A stretch of DNA of 64,000 nt from Candidatus Latescibacterota bacterium (lineage in GTDB: Bacteria; Latescibacterota; UBA2968; UBA8231). Positions 1 through 10,234 of the stretch are shown piece by piece. The notes beneath the pieces were generated by a model. That model had not been told where the DNA came from. It did no database searches and saw nothing but the letters and a program-made list of their open reading frames with translations. The stretch spans positions 3,296,001-3,360,000 of the forward strand of contig OZ241867.1 in NCBI GenBank assembly GCA_965203175.1. Direction: 5' to 3'. The position numbers and the translations under genes are program-made. Within the stretch, counting starts at the first letter, position 1. Every line of letters begins with the position of its first letter.

Positions 1-91
1 TGGTGGTCTGGGCTCGGACCGAGGTCCAGCCGCTGAGGAGCCACAGAGCGCTCGCGCCGATTGTAAAAATTCTAGGCGAGATTTTAGGCAT
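1..91 (-). CDS. 5' fragment of a secreted protein (runs off the window)
   Basis: ATG at 91, 7 nt after the stop of the upstream gene. Reads MPKISPRIFTIGASALWLLSGWTSVRAQTT, a Sec signal peptide with a VRA|Q site. Not in the ORF track. Confidence 0.65.
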   Translation of the reverse strand, partial: MPKISPRIFTIGASALWLLSGWTSVRAQTT

Positions 92-98
92 AGCACCG

Positions 99-2108
99 CT
101 AATACGCCACTGATACGGAACGAAATGCCGTGTCCGTAGCGCGGTCCGCATCGACAGATAGACGGAGGATGTAGAGGCCCGGCGGCAGCACCTGACCATC
201 GCCATCGGTGCCGGGCCACGAGAAATGAATCCGACCGCTGGTTATCTGGGTTTGCTGTAACACTCCGATGCGCGATCCTGTCAGCCCGTAGAGTTCGAGC
301 CGGGCGATGCCAGCGCCGGCGTTATCGACGTTGATGAGGTCGTACTCGATTAGCAACTCATCATTGGCCCGATCTCCATTTGGCGTTACCACCCGAGAAG
401 ACAGAGCGAAGCGCCCTATGGACTGCTTGCCCGTTTGTTGCAAAGCCACACTGAGCCTGTTGTTATCCACTAGATCGTCGGCATTGCCCGGCGTTACTGG
501 TTGGCGCACTTCGTAGGGCCGTTGGCTGTCCCAGACTGCGCCGGGAAATACCGTGCCAAAACGGAACACCTCTGCCTCGAAGACGACTTCGATCAACTCC
601 CCCGAATGGTCGTCGCCGATGCGGGGAATCCGCACTTCTAGGCCGGTGGCGTCCACCCGCAGGGCCTCCCATTCCACTTCGGCGCCGCTAATGTACACGG
701 ATTCGATCCGCGGCTCGATGGGCGTGCGGATCTCAATAGTGTCGAAACCCGGCTCCCCCAGTTGGACCTCGGGCAATACCTTGTAAATAAACCGCGTCGG
801 CTCGCCAGCGCCGACGACCGCGGGTGCTATTTCGGCCACGACTCCCGCTGCCATGGGCGGTTGCGTAACGGCGAATTGGAGATAGTCGAGCTGGCTGTTT
901 TCCCCTCCTGGCGGCGAGTGGAAATCGGCCTTGAACTGGAGAAACTGACGGGGTTTGAGGCGGCTCATCTCGGCGCGGCCATCCGCAAAGGAAAAGAAAG
1001 GTGGCCACAGTTCCCAATTCTGTTCGTCGGGGGTTATGCCCGCCTTTTCTCCCCCTTCCAACCTAGCGTAGGTGGTGCGACTGAGGGGTTGGCCATTGGC
1101 AGCGAAACGAGACCTTTCATCCCCTCTAAAGGTAAAGCGCCAGTACGTATTGGGATCGGACGTGTCGCCTCCGCGGGCCGTTAGGTCGATGCGCCCTGTC
1201 GGTGATTGGTTGCCGGACCAGGTCAATTTTCCGAGCACGGCCGGGCCGCCCAAATCGATAACACTCGAAACGTAGCTGGCAAAGGGAGCCGACCCCGTGC
1301 CAAAAATCTGGAACTCGGCGATTTCCCATTTGCCCTGAGGAGACTCGAACATGAGGATTTGCACAGGCTCGGGAGGCAATTGAAAGTCCAGGACCGCGTC
1401 TGTGTTCTCTAGGCGCTCGACAACGACATTCCAGTCGACGAAGGCCTTGCCGCGCCAAGTCAACTTGATCTCCCGCTCTCCGTCTTTGAGCGCATCCCCG
1501 TCGTTGGTGCCCAACCGGAAGGACCGCGGAAAAAAGGTGTCGCCCCGTCTCGGAGTGCCAAAAAATCGAACTCGGTCGATGATAAACGCCCCGCCCAAAT
1601 CGAATTTGAAATACCTGCATTGCGCAATGGGATCGCCCCCGAGGGCATCCATGATGCCGCTTCTCCCCGGGGTGCCATTAGCACAGCGCAGACTGCCTCC
1701 TATATCCCCTGAAAAGGCCGTGGTCTCGTCGTCGTCAAAGAGGAAATCTAGCTGCGCCTCGTCTTTCCAGCCGTACCCGTCGTTGATCTTGATGGATCCT
1801 CCTCGCTCGCGGATCAACGGCGTGAGATTGACCTCTTTGTCCAGAGTTTGGGGCCGAATATGACCCGGTTCTAGATCGAGCAGATTGACGCTGCCAAAGG
1901 CGTCGTCTTGGAAAGACATCCAAGAGCGCTGCTCGAATCGGAAAGATTCGGGTGGAACGCCGAAATCGGCCGCCTCGGCCTCGGGCAGATCTTCGCCGCC
2001 GATCCGGTAAACCGTCAATGCCCCGCTGTCTTGGTGCCCCCAAAGGGCGAGACAGAATCCAAAACACAGCAGAGACGCCAGGCGGCCTATTTGGACCAAT
2101 GGCATCAT
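99..2108 (-). CDS. Secreted protein with a discoidin/jelly-roll-like N-part, Ig-like region and C-terminal TPNGD/FlgD-Ig domain; paralog of 7946-10189
   Basis: Start moved to MMPLVQ (SD GAGGA). Hydrophobic signal. Motifs FDLGGAFIIDRVRFF, EIAEFQIFG and C-terminal VTPNGDRANDELLIEY...WPGTDGDGQVLPPGLY. Confidence 0.8.
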   Translation of the reverse strand: MMPLVQIGRLASLLCFGFCLALWGHQDSGALTVYRIGGEDLPEAEAADFGVPPESFRFEQRSWMSFQDDAFGSVNLLDLEPGHIRPQTLDKEVNLTPLIRERGGSIKINDGYGWKDEAQLDFLFDDDETTAFSGDIGGSLRCANGTPGRSGIMDALGGDPIAQCRYFKFDLGGAFIIDRVRFFGTPRRGDTFFPRSFRLGTNDGDALKDGEREIKLTWRGKAFVDWNVVVERLENTDAVLDFQLPPEPVQILMFESPQGKWEIAEFQIFGTGSAPFASYVSSVIDLGGPAVLGKLTWSGNQSPTGRIDLTARGGDTSDPNTYWRFTFRGDERSRFAANGQPLSRTTYARLEGGEKAGITPDEQNWELWPPFFSFADGRAEMSRLKPRQFLQFKADFHSPPGGENSQLDYLQFAVTQPPMAAGVVAEIAPAVVGAGEPTRFIYKVLPEVQLGEPGFDTIEIRTPIEPRIESVYISGAEVEWEALRVDATGLEVRIPRIGDDHSGELIEVVFEAEVFRFGTVFPGAVWDSQRPYEVRQPVTPGNADDLVDNNRLSVALQQTGKQSIGRFALSSRVVTPNGDRANDELLIEYDLINVDNAGAGIARLELYGLTGSRIGVLQQTQITSGRIHFSWPGTDGDGQVLPPGLYILRLSVDADRATDTAFRSVSVAY

Positions 2109-2172
2109 TCGTTCCTCTTTTTCAGGGGTGCTACACCACATAATATCGTACGTAATATACATACTGGTCGGC

Positions 2173-5112
2173 TCAGTGCAGACCCACTAGGATGGAGACG
2201 AAGAACAGCCCCGAGGCCTTCTGCTGGCGTTTGCCGCCGACCTGTTCTAGGGATCTCCGATCGTAGCGCATGCCCACCTCCGTGGTCAATTTGTAGCCCA
2301 AATAGGTAGTTGGATTCGTGAGTTGGAGCGCCAGCACTGTGCCGCGAAAATCGCCGCTGAGCTGGCCGACTTGCAGATTTTCTTCCGAGTCTAGGACCTC
2401 GTAGAAGAACCGCTGTTCCAAACCGCCTTCGATCTTGGTCGTACGCAGTACGCGAAAGTGGATCTGCAAAAAGAAAAGCGCGTCCCAAGTGCGGCGTTTG
2501 TCCAGCGTCCGGTCAAAGGGGGTCTGGCTGAGGAACTCGCTTTTTGCTTTGGGAGAGATGGTCAACCCCCGCCACAAATACTGGTATTCCGCCTTGTCGA
2601 TTAAGCCCAAAAATCCCGAGGACCGGCGACCGTTGCGGCCTTGTGGACCGAGGGGGTCGTAGAAGGCGACGGGTTCGCCGTCGGTGCCCACCTGACTGCC
2701 TTCGTCATCAACGAGTTCGTCCAAGAGGAAATCCACGCCCGTATTGCGCTGACGCCAGGTTTCCCATTTAAACCGGTGAAAGGTACTCCACTGGTTTGGA
2801 CTGGCGTATTTCCAGTCCGCATAGAAGGTGTTGATCCACGTATCTGCGGCCGCTAGGCGATCTGGAACTTGGACATGGCGTCCACTGTCGATTCCCGGAT
2901 CGCCAAATTCGGGCGTGGCTACGATCCACTGCGACAAGGGGTCGGGAATATCGTCTTTGGCCAATCTCAACATATCGAAGAGGCGCAGGCGGCCCTTGCC
3001 TGGCAGATCCTCGACCACGGTTAGGAGGCCATAGGTCGTCAGATTCTCCTCGCCCGTCTCGCGTTTTTCCTGCCGCAACTGTCCGAGCGTCAGCTTGGCT
3101 TGCGGGCCGAGTTGGAGGCTACTATAGGCATTGTAGCCCCAGTGATCTTTTTTGTACGGGTAATCGGGTAAATCGTCGTTCTCGAAGCGATCGACCCAAT
3201 TGTTGTTGTTCAGATCCATACCAAAGAGAAACTCGGGCCGGTCGGAGTGGTAGCGCAAAAACGGTTCGTCGTAATCGGGCAGCAGATTGCGGCGGATGGG
3301 ATTGTGGTTCTGGTTGAAGTCAGAGATGAAATCTCCGTTTTCGTCATAACCCGGAAAGACTTCTGGGTCGGCGACGCCGGTCTGGTCAATGTTAAAATCG
3401 CCTACTTGTGGCGGCACCAGACTACCCTGATTGAGGCGCTTTTGATCGGGTTGGCGATCTTGGTCGTCGTTGTCTTCGACAAAATCGTATAAAAGCTCGG
3501 TGGCTTCGGGTGCGTAATTGGCCACTCCAGATGGGGACACCGGACGAACGCTGGTGGAATAGGAGTCGTCCATGCCAAAGCCTTCCAAGAATGCCGACCA
3601 AGGGTAGCTTTGCCAAGAGAGATTAGCCAGCCAACCCAGCGACCTTTTGTCACCTGCAATACCCGCAATTGCGCGGTGATGCTTTTTGCGCCGATTCGGG
3701 TATTTTCGATAGTTGGAATTGATATTTACTTCCCCGTAGAAATCGAAACCGCGCATATTGCGCCATTCGGCGCTGAGGCCGTACAGCAGATTGGCCGTGG
3801 GCAGACCATAGTCGAAAACCACTTGGCGGCTGTTGGTTTCATTCTTGATGTTGCCTTCGGCTCTGGTGACCGGCAGGAATTGGGGCACGCCAAAGCGGTT
3901 GGTCTGCCGATCCGAGCTCATTTCCACACGGTAGTCATTGGCCAATACTAGGCGAAAGCGCACATTTTCGATCGCCTGAATTACATCTTGGGCCTCTGCC
4001 AAGCTCAGATTCAGTCGCTGTTGCAGCAACAGCCGCAAGGAGCCTTTTTCGCTCTCGCCCTCCGCAGGAGCGAAGACGTAATGCAGCACAATGCTCTCGG
4101 CTCCGTCGGCCACGAGCAGACCGTTTCGCACCGAACCGCCCTGAATGTGGGTGGCGTCGAAGCCAAAAGAACTGCCGACAATGAGGGTATCCCGTTCCAC
4201 TAATACCGTTGGGTCGGCAGGGGAAGGACGTTTGAGCTTGGTTTTTATCTCGATGTCCCTGTCGATGAGGATGGCCCCTGCCTCGCCGTCTTCTGGCGAG
4301 TCATCGCTGAGCCGCACTAGGACCGAGCGCAGTGCGTCCTCGAGCTGGCCGGTCGCTAGCTCGCCCTTGAAGGGGTTGCCGGCGAAACTTTCCCGACTGC
4401 CATTAGAAGTGTGGGAATTGACCAGATTCAGTCCTATGGTCAAGCCCTGGAACAGATCCACTTCGGAGCGGCCCGCTACCAGATTGGTGGAGTTGACTCT
4501 GGGATCGACCAGCCCCACGGTCTCTAGCAGCACCGGTCCCGAGATGCGGGAAAAGAGTCCTGTGAGGCGCAGGCGATTAGTCGCCAAGTTGGCCATGACC
4601 CCATTGAAGCCGGCTTTTCTGAACGTCATCGGCGTCAGGGTAGTATTGAGTTCATCGCCGACGAGGATGGAGAAGCTGTAATCTCCCTTGCTGTCAACGG
4701 CCAGCAATTGCCTGTTGAACCATCGCACGTACTGGCTCGCCTTAAATATCTGAGAGCTTTCGGCGATGCGCGGCTGCACCTGACGCCAGTCGTAAATGAG
4801 CCAGCCGCGAGTGATCAAGCTGCCAAAGCCATCGTAGAACAGATCTCCTTCCAAGGTGGGACTGACATAGCGCAGAAAGTGATCCCGGGCGTAGTTGGTG
4901 TATTCCCATTGGTGGTGATTTTCGGAGAATAAACTGGCCGGTAAATACCAGCGCTGTACTGTGGGCTCTAGGGCTTCGGTATAAATCGGCACGCCACGGG
5001 TGGAGTAGACGACATGGTCGCCGACTCGTTCGCCTAGCCGATAGCCGTACTCCGGCTGGGCAGAGGCGGTACCGGCCAGTCCTACCCAGAGGATCCAGGC
5101 GCGCGAGTTCAT
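2173..5112 (-). CDS. Large exported, probably outer-membrane hypothetical protein with acidic Ca-binding-like motifs; paralog of 5115-7928
   Basis: 979 aa, signal peptide ASA|Q, amphipathic beta-strand-like segments, motifs DNDDQDRQPD, DENGDFISD and DLNNNNWVD. Confidence 0.75.
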   Translation of the reverse strand: MNSRAWILWVGLAGTASAQPEYGYRLGERVGDHVVYSTRGVPIYTEALEPTVQRWYLPASLFSENHHQWEYTNYARDHFLRYVSPTLEGDLFYDGFGSLITRGWLIYDWRQVQPRIAESSQIFKASQYVRWFNRQLLAVDSKGDYSFSILVGDELNTTLTPMTFRKAGFNGVMANLATNRLRLTGLFSRISGPVLLETVGLVDPRVNSTNLVAGRSEVDLFQGLTIGLNLVNSHTSNGSRESFAGNPFKGELATGQLEDALRSVLVRLSDDSPEDGEAGAILIDRDIEIKTKLKRPSPADPTVLVERDTLIVGSSFGFDATHIQGGSVRNGLLVADGAESIVLHYVFAPAEGESEKGSLRLLLQQRLNLSLAEAQDVIQAIENVRFRLVLANDYRVEMSSDRQTNRFGVPQFLPVTRAEGNIKNETNSRQVVFDYGLPTANLLYGLSAEWRNMRGFDFYGEVNINSNYRKYPNRRKKHHRAIAGIAGDKRSLGWLANLSWQSYPWSAFLEGFGMDDSYSTSVRPVSPSGVANYAPEATELLYDFVEDNDDQDRQPDQKRLNQGSLVPPQVGDFNIDQTGVADPEVFPGYDENGDFISDFNQNHNPIRRNLLPDYDEPFLRYHSDRPEFLFGMDLNNNNWVDRFENDDLPDYPYKKDHWGYNAYSSLQLGPQAKLTLGQLRQEKRETGEENLTTYGLLTVVEDLPGKGRLRLFDMLRLAKDDIPDPLSQWIVATPEFGDPGIDSGRHVQVPDRLAAADTWINTFYADWKYASPNQWSTFHRFKWETWRQRNTGVDFLLDELVDDEGSQVGTDGEPVAFYDPLGPQGRNGRRSSGFLGLIDKAEYQYLWRGLTISPKAKSEFLSQTPFDRTLDKRRTWDALFFLQIHFRVLRTTKIEGGLEQRFFYEVLDSEENLQVGQLSGDFRGTVLALQLTNPTTYLGYKLTTEVGMRYDRRSLEQVGGKRQQKASGLFFVSILVGLH

Positions 5113-5114
5113 AG

Positions 5115-7928
5115 TTACTCGACCCCTGCAAAAACCGTGATAAAACTGGTCGTTTCCGAGCGCCCTTTACTCCCTTTCTCAAAGACGCCCGGCGCAGCTT
5201 CGCGAATGCGCTCGGTGCCGATGCGCCCGACCCGCAACCCGATCTGGGTGGTGAGGATATACCCGAGGTATCCCGAGGTGACCGACAGTTGGACGGCGAC
5301 CTGAGTCGAAGTCAAATCTCCGGTCTCTGCCGCGATTCCTCTGGCGAGCATGTCGTCTTCGTCGGCGACCAGATCGCGAAAGCGCAACAACTCGAGTCCC
5401 GTTTCGATCTTGGTATTGGGTGTCAGCCGCGTCTGGGCCAACACTTGGGCGATCCCGGCCCAGTGTTTATGGGGTTCCTCTTCCTGCAAGAATTCGCTCT
5501 GCCGGAAGTACTCGCTCTTTAGGCCAGGTCGCAGCAAAAAGGAACCCCATTCCGCGGTATAAGACGCTTTGTTGATCACACCGAGAAAACTGGTGAAGTC
5601 GCGGAGGGGCCGCTCATTGAGGTCCCTTGGATCGTCTAGCACTTGATGGTAGAAATCGTATTTCAGCTTAGAGGTTAATTCGAGGCCCGGCACTGCGAGA
5701 TGATCGACGGCGATGAACGACGAGTTGACCCAGGTATCCGCGGCCGGCAAAATATCCGGCACCAGCGGTCGGGCCGGGGCCGTTAAGAACGGCGTTGGTG
5801 CCCGGCGATCGTCTGGGATGGTGTCTTTAACCCGCTTGAGCATTTCGAAAACCCGCACGCGTCCAAAACCCGCCCAATTGCGGTCAAAGGTGAACAATCC
5901 ATAGGTGGATTCGTTTGCTCGCTTTTGGGAAAACATGCGCTCGTCCACCCGTCCCAACAAAAGACGCACATCTGGAGCGATGTCGAGCCCCACAAAGGCA
6001 TTGTACCCGCGGCGATCGGCCTTGTAGAGATAGTCCGGCAGCACATCGTCTTCAAAGCGGTCGATCCAGTCGTTGTTGTTGAGATCGATGCCGAAGAGAA
6101 ATTCCGGACGGTCCACTGCGAATCTCAGAAAAGGTTCTTCGTAATCGGGCAAGCTATTGGGTATGGTGGCGTTGTCGTTCTGATTGAAGTCAGAGATGAA
6201 GTCGTTGTTTTCATCCCAGCCGGGAAAGACAATATTATCGCCGACTGATTGCCCCCGGCGCACCCAATCGGGTAAACGGTCTTGATCGTCGTTGTCGTCG
6301 ACGAATTCGTAGAAGGCGGTCGTGGGCGAATCGTAGAGAATGTCACCGGAGTGGTCGACGACGAATGCCGCGGTCGTCGAATAGTCTTCGGCGATGGAAT
6401 AGCCCTCGAAAAAACCGAACCACGGGTATTGCTGTCTAGATAGGTTGAAAAAATAGGCATCGGCGTGCAGCGAAGAGATTTCGTGATTGCCGCTAGCCGA
6501 AAAAATGGCGGGATTGGGATACTGAAAAAAGCGCAGATTGCGATCCCACTCTCCGTTGAAATCAAAGCCGAATACATCTTTGCCTTCGATGGTGAAACCC
6601 CCAACCATATTGGCGGTGGGCAAACCGTATTCATACCGCACCCGTTGCAAGTTCGATATATCTCGCACATTGCCCTCCGCCCGCTGCAGCACAATCAGGG
6701 CGGGTTCACTTTCCTCGATGATTTGGTTGGTGATGGGTGGTGCTGGGGTGGAGCGCCGACCGGTCTGCTTGTTGGACCACATTTCCACTTTGAAGTCGTT
6801 GGCTAATACGTAGTCGAATTCGACCTTGACAATCGACAGTGGATCAGGACCGACGTAAGCCGGACTCTTGAAATCGTAGTTCAAGACAATGCGCTCGTCG
6901 CCATCGGCGGCCGTGAAGCCTTCTTTGGGAAACCCGCCAAAAATGACCGGCCACTCGAGCCCCTCGCGCACCACTTGCTGGAGCGTGAAGACCGTCTCTA
7001 GCTCTGTATCGAAATTGCGGGCGGTGATGCGAATGTCGTGACTGAAAAGGGCGGCTCCTCCGATCCCGTCTGCTGGTGAATCGTCGCTCAGCACCATGGC
7101 GATGGCGGTGACTGGTGTTGAAGACTGGCCGGCCGTTAGGCTGCCGGCGATCAGATCGCCGCTGAATACGTCCAAGCCAGTATTGGCGTTGCGGGCGTCC
7201 ACCAAGCTGCCGCCGAGGGTGATGAAGTCGCCCACTTGCACGGTCGCCCGTCCGCCAATGAGACTGGTGGAATTGGAGACTCTAGCAGGCTGTGGGGTAA
7301 CGCCCGTAGCCGGATCACTTATGCGCGAGGCAATGATAGTGGCCTGGTATTTATCTGCTGCGAAGTCCATCTGTAGCCCATTAAAACGAGGCTTGGAAAA
7401 TGTCATGGGGGTGAGGGTGGTGCGGATCTCATTGCCAACTGTGATCGCATAGGAAAACTGGCCCTCGGAATCGCTACTCACCGTGAGATTGTTGAACCAG
7501 TCGTTGAAGCGGCCATCCTTAAAGATGCTGCTGCCCAGGGCCTGGGGCTGATCCTGGTGCCAGTCGTACACCAGCCATCCGCGCGTGACGTAATGGCCGT
7601 AGATATCGTAGAAGTAATTACCTTCGAGGGCGGTATTGACATAGCGCTGGTAGGGCTGACGCGCGTAGTTGGAATATTCCCACTGACGCCACTGGTATTC
7701 GTTGTACAGTTCCTGCGGCACGTACCATTTGCGCACCGACGGGTCGAGCGCTCCGAATAGGACCCCCGGGCCACGGGGTTCAAAGCTCACCTCGCCGCCG
7801 CGCTGGGTTCCGAGGCGAGAGCCGTAGTCCTGGGCCTCCGAGCCGCCAACACCGATCAAAAGCGACAACAGCAGGAAGAATCCCCCCAGCTCATTTCGGT
7901 TTGCCCATAGGCCCAATGCAGATGCCAT
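5115..7928 (-). CDS. Large exported, probably outer-membrane hypothetical protein; paralog of 2173-5112
   Basis: ATG 7928 after GAGGTG, signal SEA|Q. Shares blocks QWEYxNYAR, TRGWLxYDW, TTLTPMTF and DRPEFLFG with its neighbour. Confidence 0.75.
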   Translation of the reverse strand: MASALGLWANRNELGGFFLLLSLLIGVGGSEAQDYGSRLGTQRGGEVSFEPRGPGVLFGALDPSVRKWYVPQELYNEYQWRQWEYSNYARQPYQRYVNTALEGNYFYDIYGHYVTRGWLVYDWHQDQPQALGSSIFKDGRFNDWFNNLTVSSDSEGQFSYAITVGNEIRTTLTPMTFSKPRFNGLQMDFAADKYQATIIASRISDPATGVTPQPARVSNSTSLIGGRATVQVGDFITLGGSLVDARNANTGLDVFSGDLIAGSLTAGQSSTPVTAIAMVLSDDSPADGIGGAALFSHDIRITARNFDTELETVFTLQQVVREGLEWPVIFGGFPKEGFTAADGDERIVLNYDFKSPAYVGPDPLSIVKVEFDYVLANDFKVEMWSNKQTGRRSTPAPPITNQIIEESEPALIVLQRAEGNVRDISNLQRVRYEYGLPTANMVGGFTIEGKDVFGFDFNGEWDRNLRFFQYPNPAIFSASGNHEISSLHADAYFFNLSRQQYPWFGFFEGYSIAEDYSTTAAFVVDHSGDILYDSPTTAFYEFVDDNDDQDRLPDWVRRGQSVGDNIVFPGWDENNDFISDFNQNDNATIPNSLPDYEEPFLRFAVDRPEFLFGIDLNNNDWIDRFEDDVLPDYLYKADRRGYNAFVGLDIAPDVRLLLGRVDERMFSQKRANESTYGLFTFDRNWAGFGRVRVFEMLKRVKDTIPDDRRAPTPFLTAPARPLVPDILPAADTWVNSSFIAVDHLAVPGLELTSKLKYDFYHQVLDDPRDLNERPLRDFTSFLGVINKASYTAEWGSFLLRPGLKSEYFRQSEFLQEEEPHKHWAGIAQVLAQTRLTPNTKIETGLELLRFRDLVADEDDMLARGIAAETGDLTSTQVAVQLSVTSGYLGYILTTQIGLRVGRIGTERIREAAPGVFEKGSKGRSETTSFITVFAGVE

Positions 7929-7945
7929 GCTCACCTCGTAGGCTT

Positions 7946-10189
7946 TTAATAGACAACGCCGACAGCACCGAGCCTTCTGTCAGCGCCGGTATCGGCGTTC
8001 AGCGTAACGGTGTATATGTAATGCCCCGGAGTCACGAGCCGACCCTCGTCATCGGTGCCCTCCCAAGCAATGGCAAAACGTCCGCTGGTCTGTTTTTCCA
8101 TTTGCAGAGACCGGATCGATCGGCCGGCCAAATCAAATAGTTCAATCTCCACGAGAACGGGACTAGCTATGTTGGTGATATCGTAGTGAATAGCAGTGCG
8201 GTCGTTGATTTGATCCCCATTGGGTGTAAATACGGCTGGCTCAGCGCGCACATTGGTCAATAGATCGTCGCTTATGGGCACCTCTACGGTCAGATTGGTG
8301 GGCACAGGAGCGCCAATGCGGGCTAGATCGGGATCTACTAGTGTCTCTCGTCCTAAATCCGCGGCATTGCCCGCGAGTATATTTTGTCCCACTGCGCCGA
8401 CTTCGGTATTGAATGCTCGAGCCGAGAATACCGTGCCAAAACGCAAAACCGCTGTTGCGAATTCTACTTTGACGAGCGCATTATTTTCGTTTACTGGCGG
8501 CAATTGCAAAAGTAGGCCATGGTCTGAGACGGCCAACACTGCAAAGCCGCCGCCTGCTTCGACGGGGAGATCGTCCAATGAGCGCGCTGAAAAATCGGCC
8601 GATTCGATCTCGCCATTGGGCCCGTGGACCTCTACCATGCCAATGGACTCCACCTTAAGCGGCGTCTCGATTTCCAATTGGTCAAAACCGGCCGTCGTCT
8701 GACCAATCTTCGCCAGGACGGCGTAGGAAAAAACAGTCGCTGCACCGACGTCGGCGTGCCGGGGAAACACTTCTCCGATGAGGGTATCGGCCAGAGCCGG
8801 CGTGGACAGATCAAAGCCCAAGGCTCCCAAGCCGGAGGCCGCGTCAAAACCCCGGCTGGCAAACTCAATCATAAATTGAAAATAGCGGCGGGGACTCGGG
8901 GAGAGGATCGGCGTTCCCGACTTGGGTATTTCCAAGGCTTGAGTCTCGACTATACCGGCGGCCGAGTACGGGGGAGACCAAGGACTCCAGTTCGTCAGAT
9001 CATCGCGAATCGGCCCCTTCTCTTTGAGCTTGCCGTACTCGGCTTGCGAAATCTCGAGCTGTGCTCGCAGTTTTAGTGGCAACTGAGTCCAGGCCAAAAG
9101 CGCCTCTTCTCCGCTCAGCAAATCGTCCTCTAGCTCGGTCTCGACCAAAGTTCTAAGTTCATCGTCCTCCACGTCTTGAGGGCGCTTCCAGGGCACTTTG
9201 ACCCGAATTTCTTCCAGATTCGACACGCCCCCTACCGTGCGGCTCACCTCGGTCAGTCCGATACTCTGGACGCCGACTCGGGTAAACTCGACCGGCTCGG
9301 GATCCATACCCGTGCGCGTGCGGATTTGTATATCCGAGAGCACGGAGTCACCGATGGTTTCTTGGAGCCAGCGCAAGTGGCCCAGCAAGGCCGGCTCGCC
9401 AAAATCGAATACATTGGACAGATAGGTCGCCTGCGGCACAAATCCCTCGGCAAAAACTTGGAACTCGGCAAGCTCGAAGTCGGCTGTCGTAAGCGATTTG
9501 AAGCGTATCTGGCGTACGAATTGGGTGGGGATACTGAGATCGACGACCGCTTCCTCGTTCTGGCCTTCGAGGGCGATTGTCGTCCATATCGGCCGATTGT
9601 TGAGATAGGATTCGGGCCGACCGTCATTGATAAAAATCTCGTACCCCTTGATAAAATCGTTCTGAAAGGGAAAGTCAGGTGCCGGTAGTTCGGGAGCGGC
9701 ATTGCGGGGGAAAAATCGGATGCGATTGACGGCGAATAGTGCGTTGAGATCGAATTCTAAGATCAGACCCAGCGCACCGGCACTGGAGGCGCTGGAAGTA
9801 GCTCTCACTTCCAACGCTGTTTGACCGTTGGCGTCGATCAATTTTTTATAATCGTTTTTGAAGCTGACTTGGGCACTGGGGATGGGACTGCTGATTGATC
9901 CGCCGCGCTCTTTGCTGGTGAGGCCGATGAGAATGTTGTCGGTCGTGTCGACCCTTTGCGGAAAAATCCACCCGGGAAAATCAATGGACTCGAAGTCGAT
10001 CACTCCACCGGGGGTATTGGTCTGATTGACGGTGGACTCATCCAAGATCGCAGTCGCCGCAATGGTCCCACCCCCTTCTTGCCACGGCAGTGATCCACTG
10101 CTGCCAATTAGGACGGTTTCTTCGACAGCGCTCCCGATATTTGCCGCGCCCAGACAAGAAATCACGAGCAGGAGGATTCTCTTTTTCAT
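7946..10189 (-). CDS. Secreted protein with C-terminal TPNGD/FlgD-Ig domain; paralog of 99-2108
   Basis: MKKRILLL signal peptide. Motifs FDLNALFAVNRIRFF, ELAEFQVF, PRRYFQF and FTPNGDQINDRTAIHY...WEGTDDEGRLVTPGHY. Confidence 0.8.
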   Translation of the reverse strand: MKKRILLLVISCLGAANIGSAVEETVLIGSSGSLPWQEGGGTIAATAILDESTVNQTNTPGGVIDFESIDFPGWIFPQRVDTTDNILIGLTSKERGGSISSPIPSAQVSFKNDYKKLIDANGQTALEVRATSSASSAGALGLILEFDLNALFAVNRIRFFPRNAAPELPAPDFPFQNDFIKGYEIFINDGRPESYLNNRPIWTTIALEGQNEEAVVDLSIPTQFVRQIRFKSLTTADFELAEFQVFAEGFVPQATYLSNVFDFGEPALLGHLRWLQETIGDSVLSDIQIRTRTGMDPEPVEFTRVGVQSIGLTEVSRTVGGVSNLEEIRVKVPWKRPQDVEDDELRTLVETELEDDLLSGEEALLAWTQLPLKLRAQLEISQAEYGKLKEKGPIRDDLTNWSPWSPPYSAAGIVETQALEIPKSGTPILSPSPRRYFQFMIEFASRGFDAASGLGALGFDLSTPALADTLIGEVFPRHADVGAATVFSYAVLAKIGQTTAGFDQLEIETPLKVESIGMVEVHGPNGEIESADFSARSLDDLPVEAGGGFAVLAVSDHGLLLQLPPVNENNALVKVEFATAVLRFGTVFSARAFNTEVGAVGQNILAGNAADLGRETLVDPDLARIGAPVPTNLTVEVPISDDLLTNVRAEPAVFTPNGDQINDRTAIHYDITNIASPVLVEIELFDLAGRSIRSLQMEKQTSGRFAIAWEGTDDEGRLVTPGHYIYTVTLNADTGADRRLGAVGVVY

Positions 10190-10234
10190 GTCAGTCCCTT
10201 TTCATTGAAACTAACCGAGAACGCGGCCACAAAT

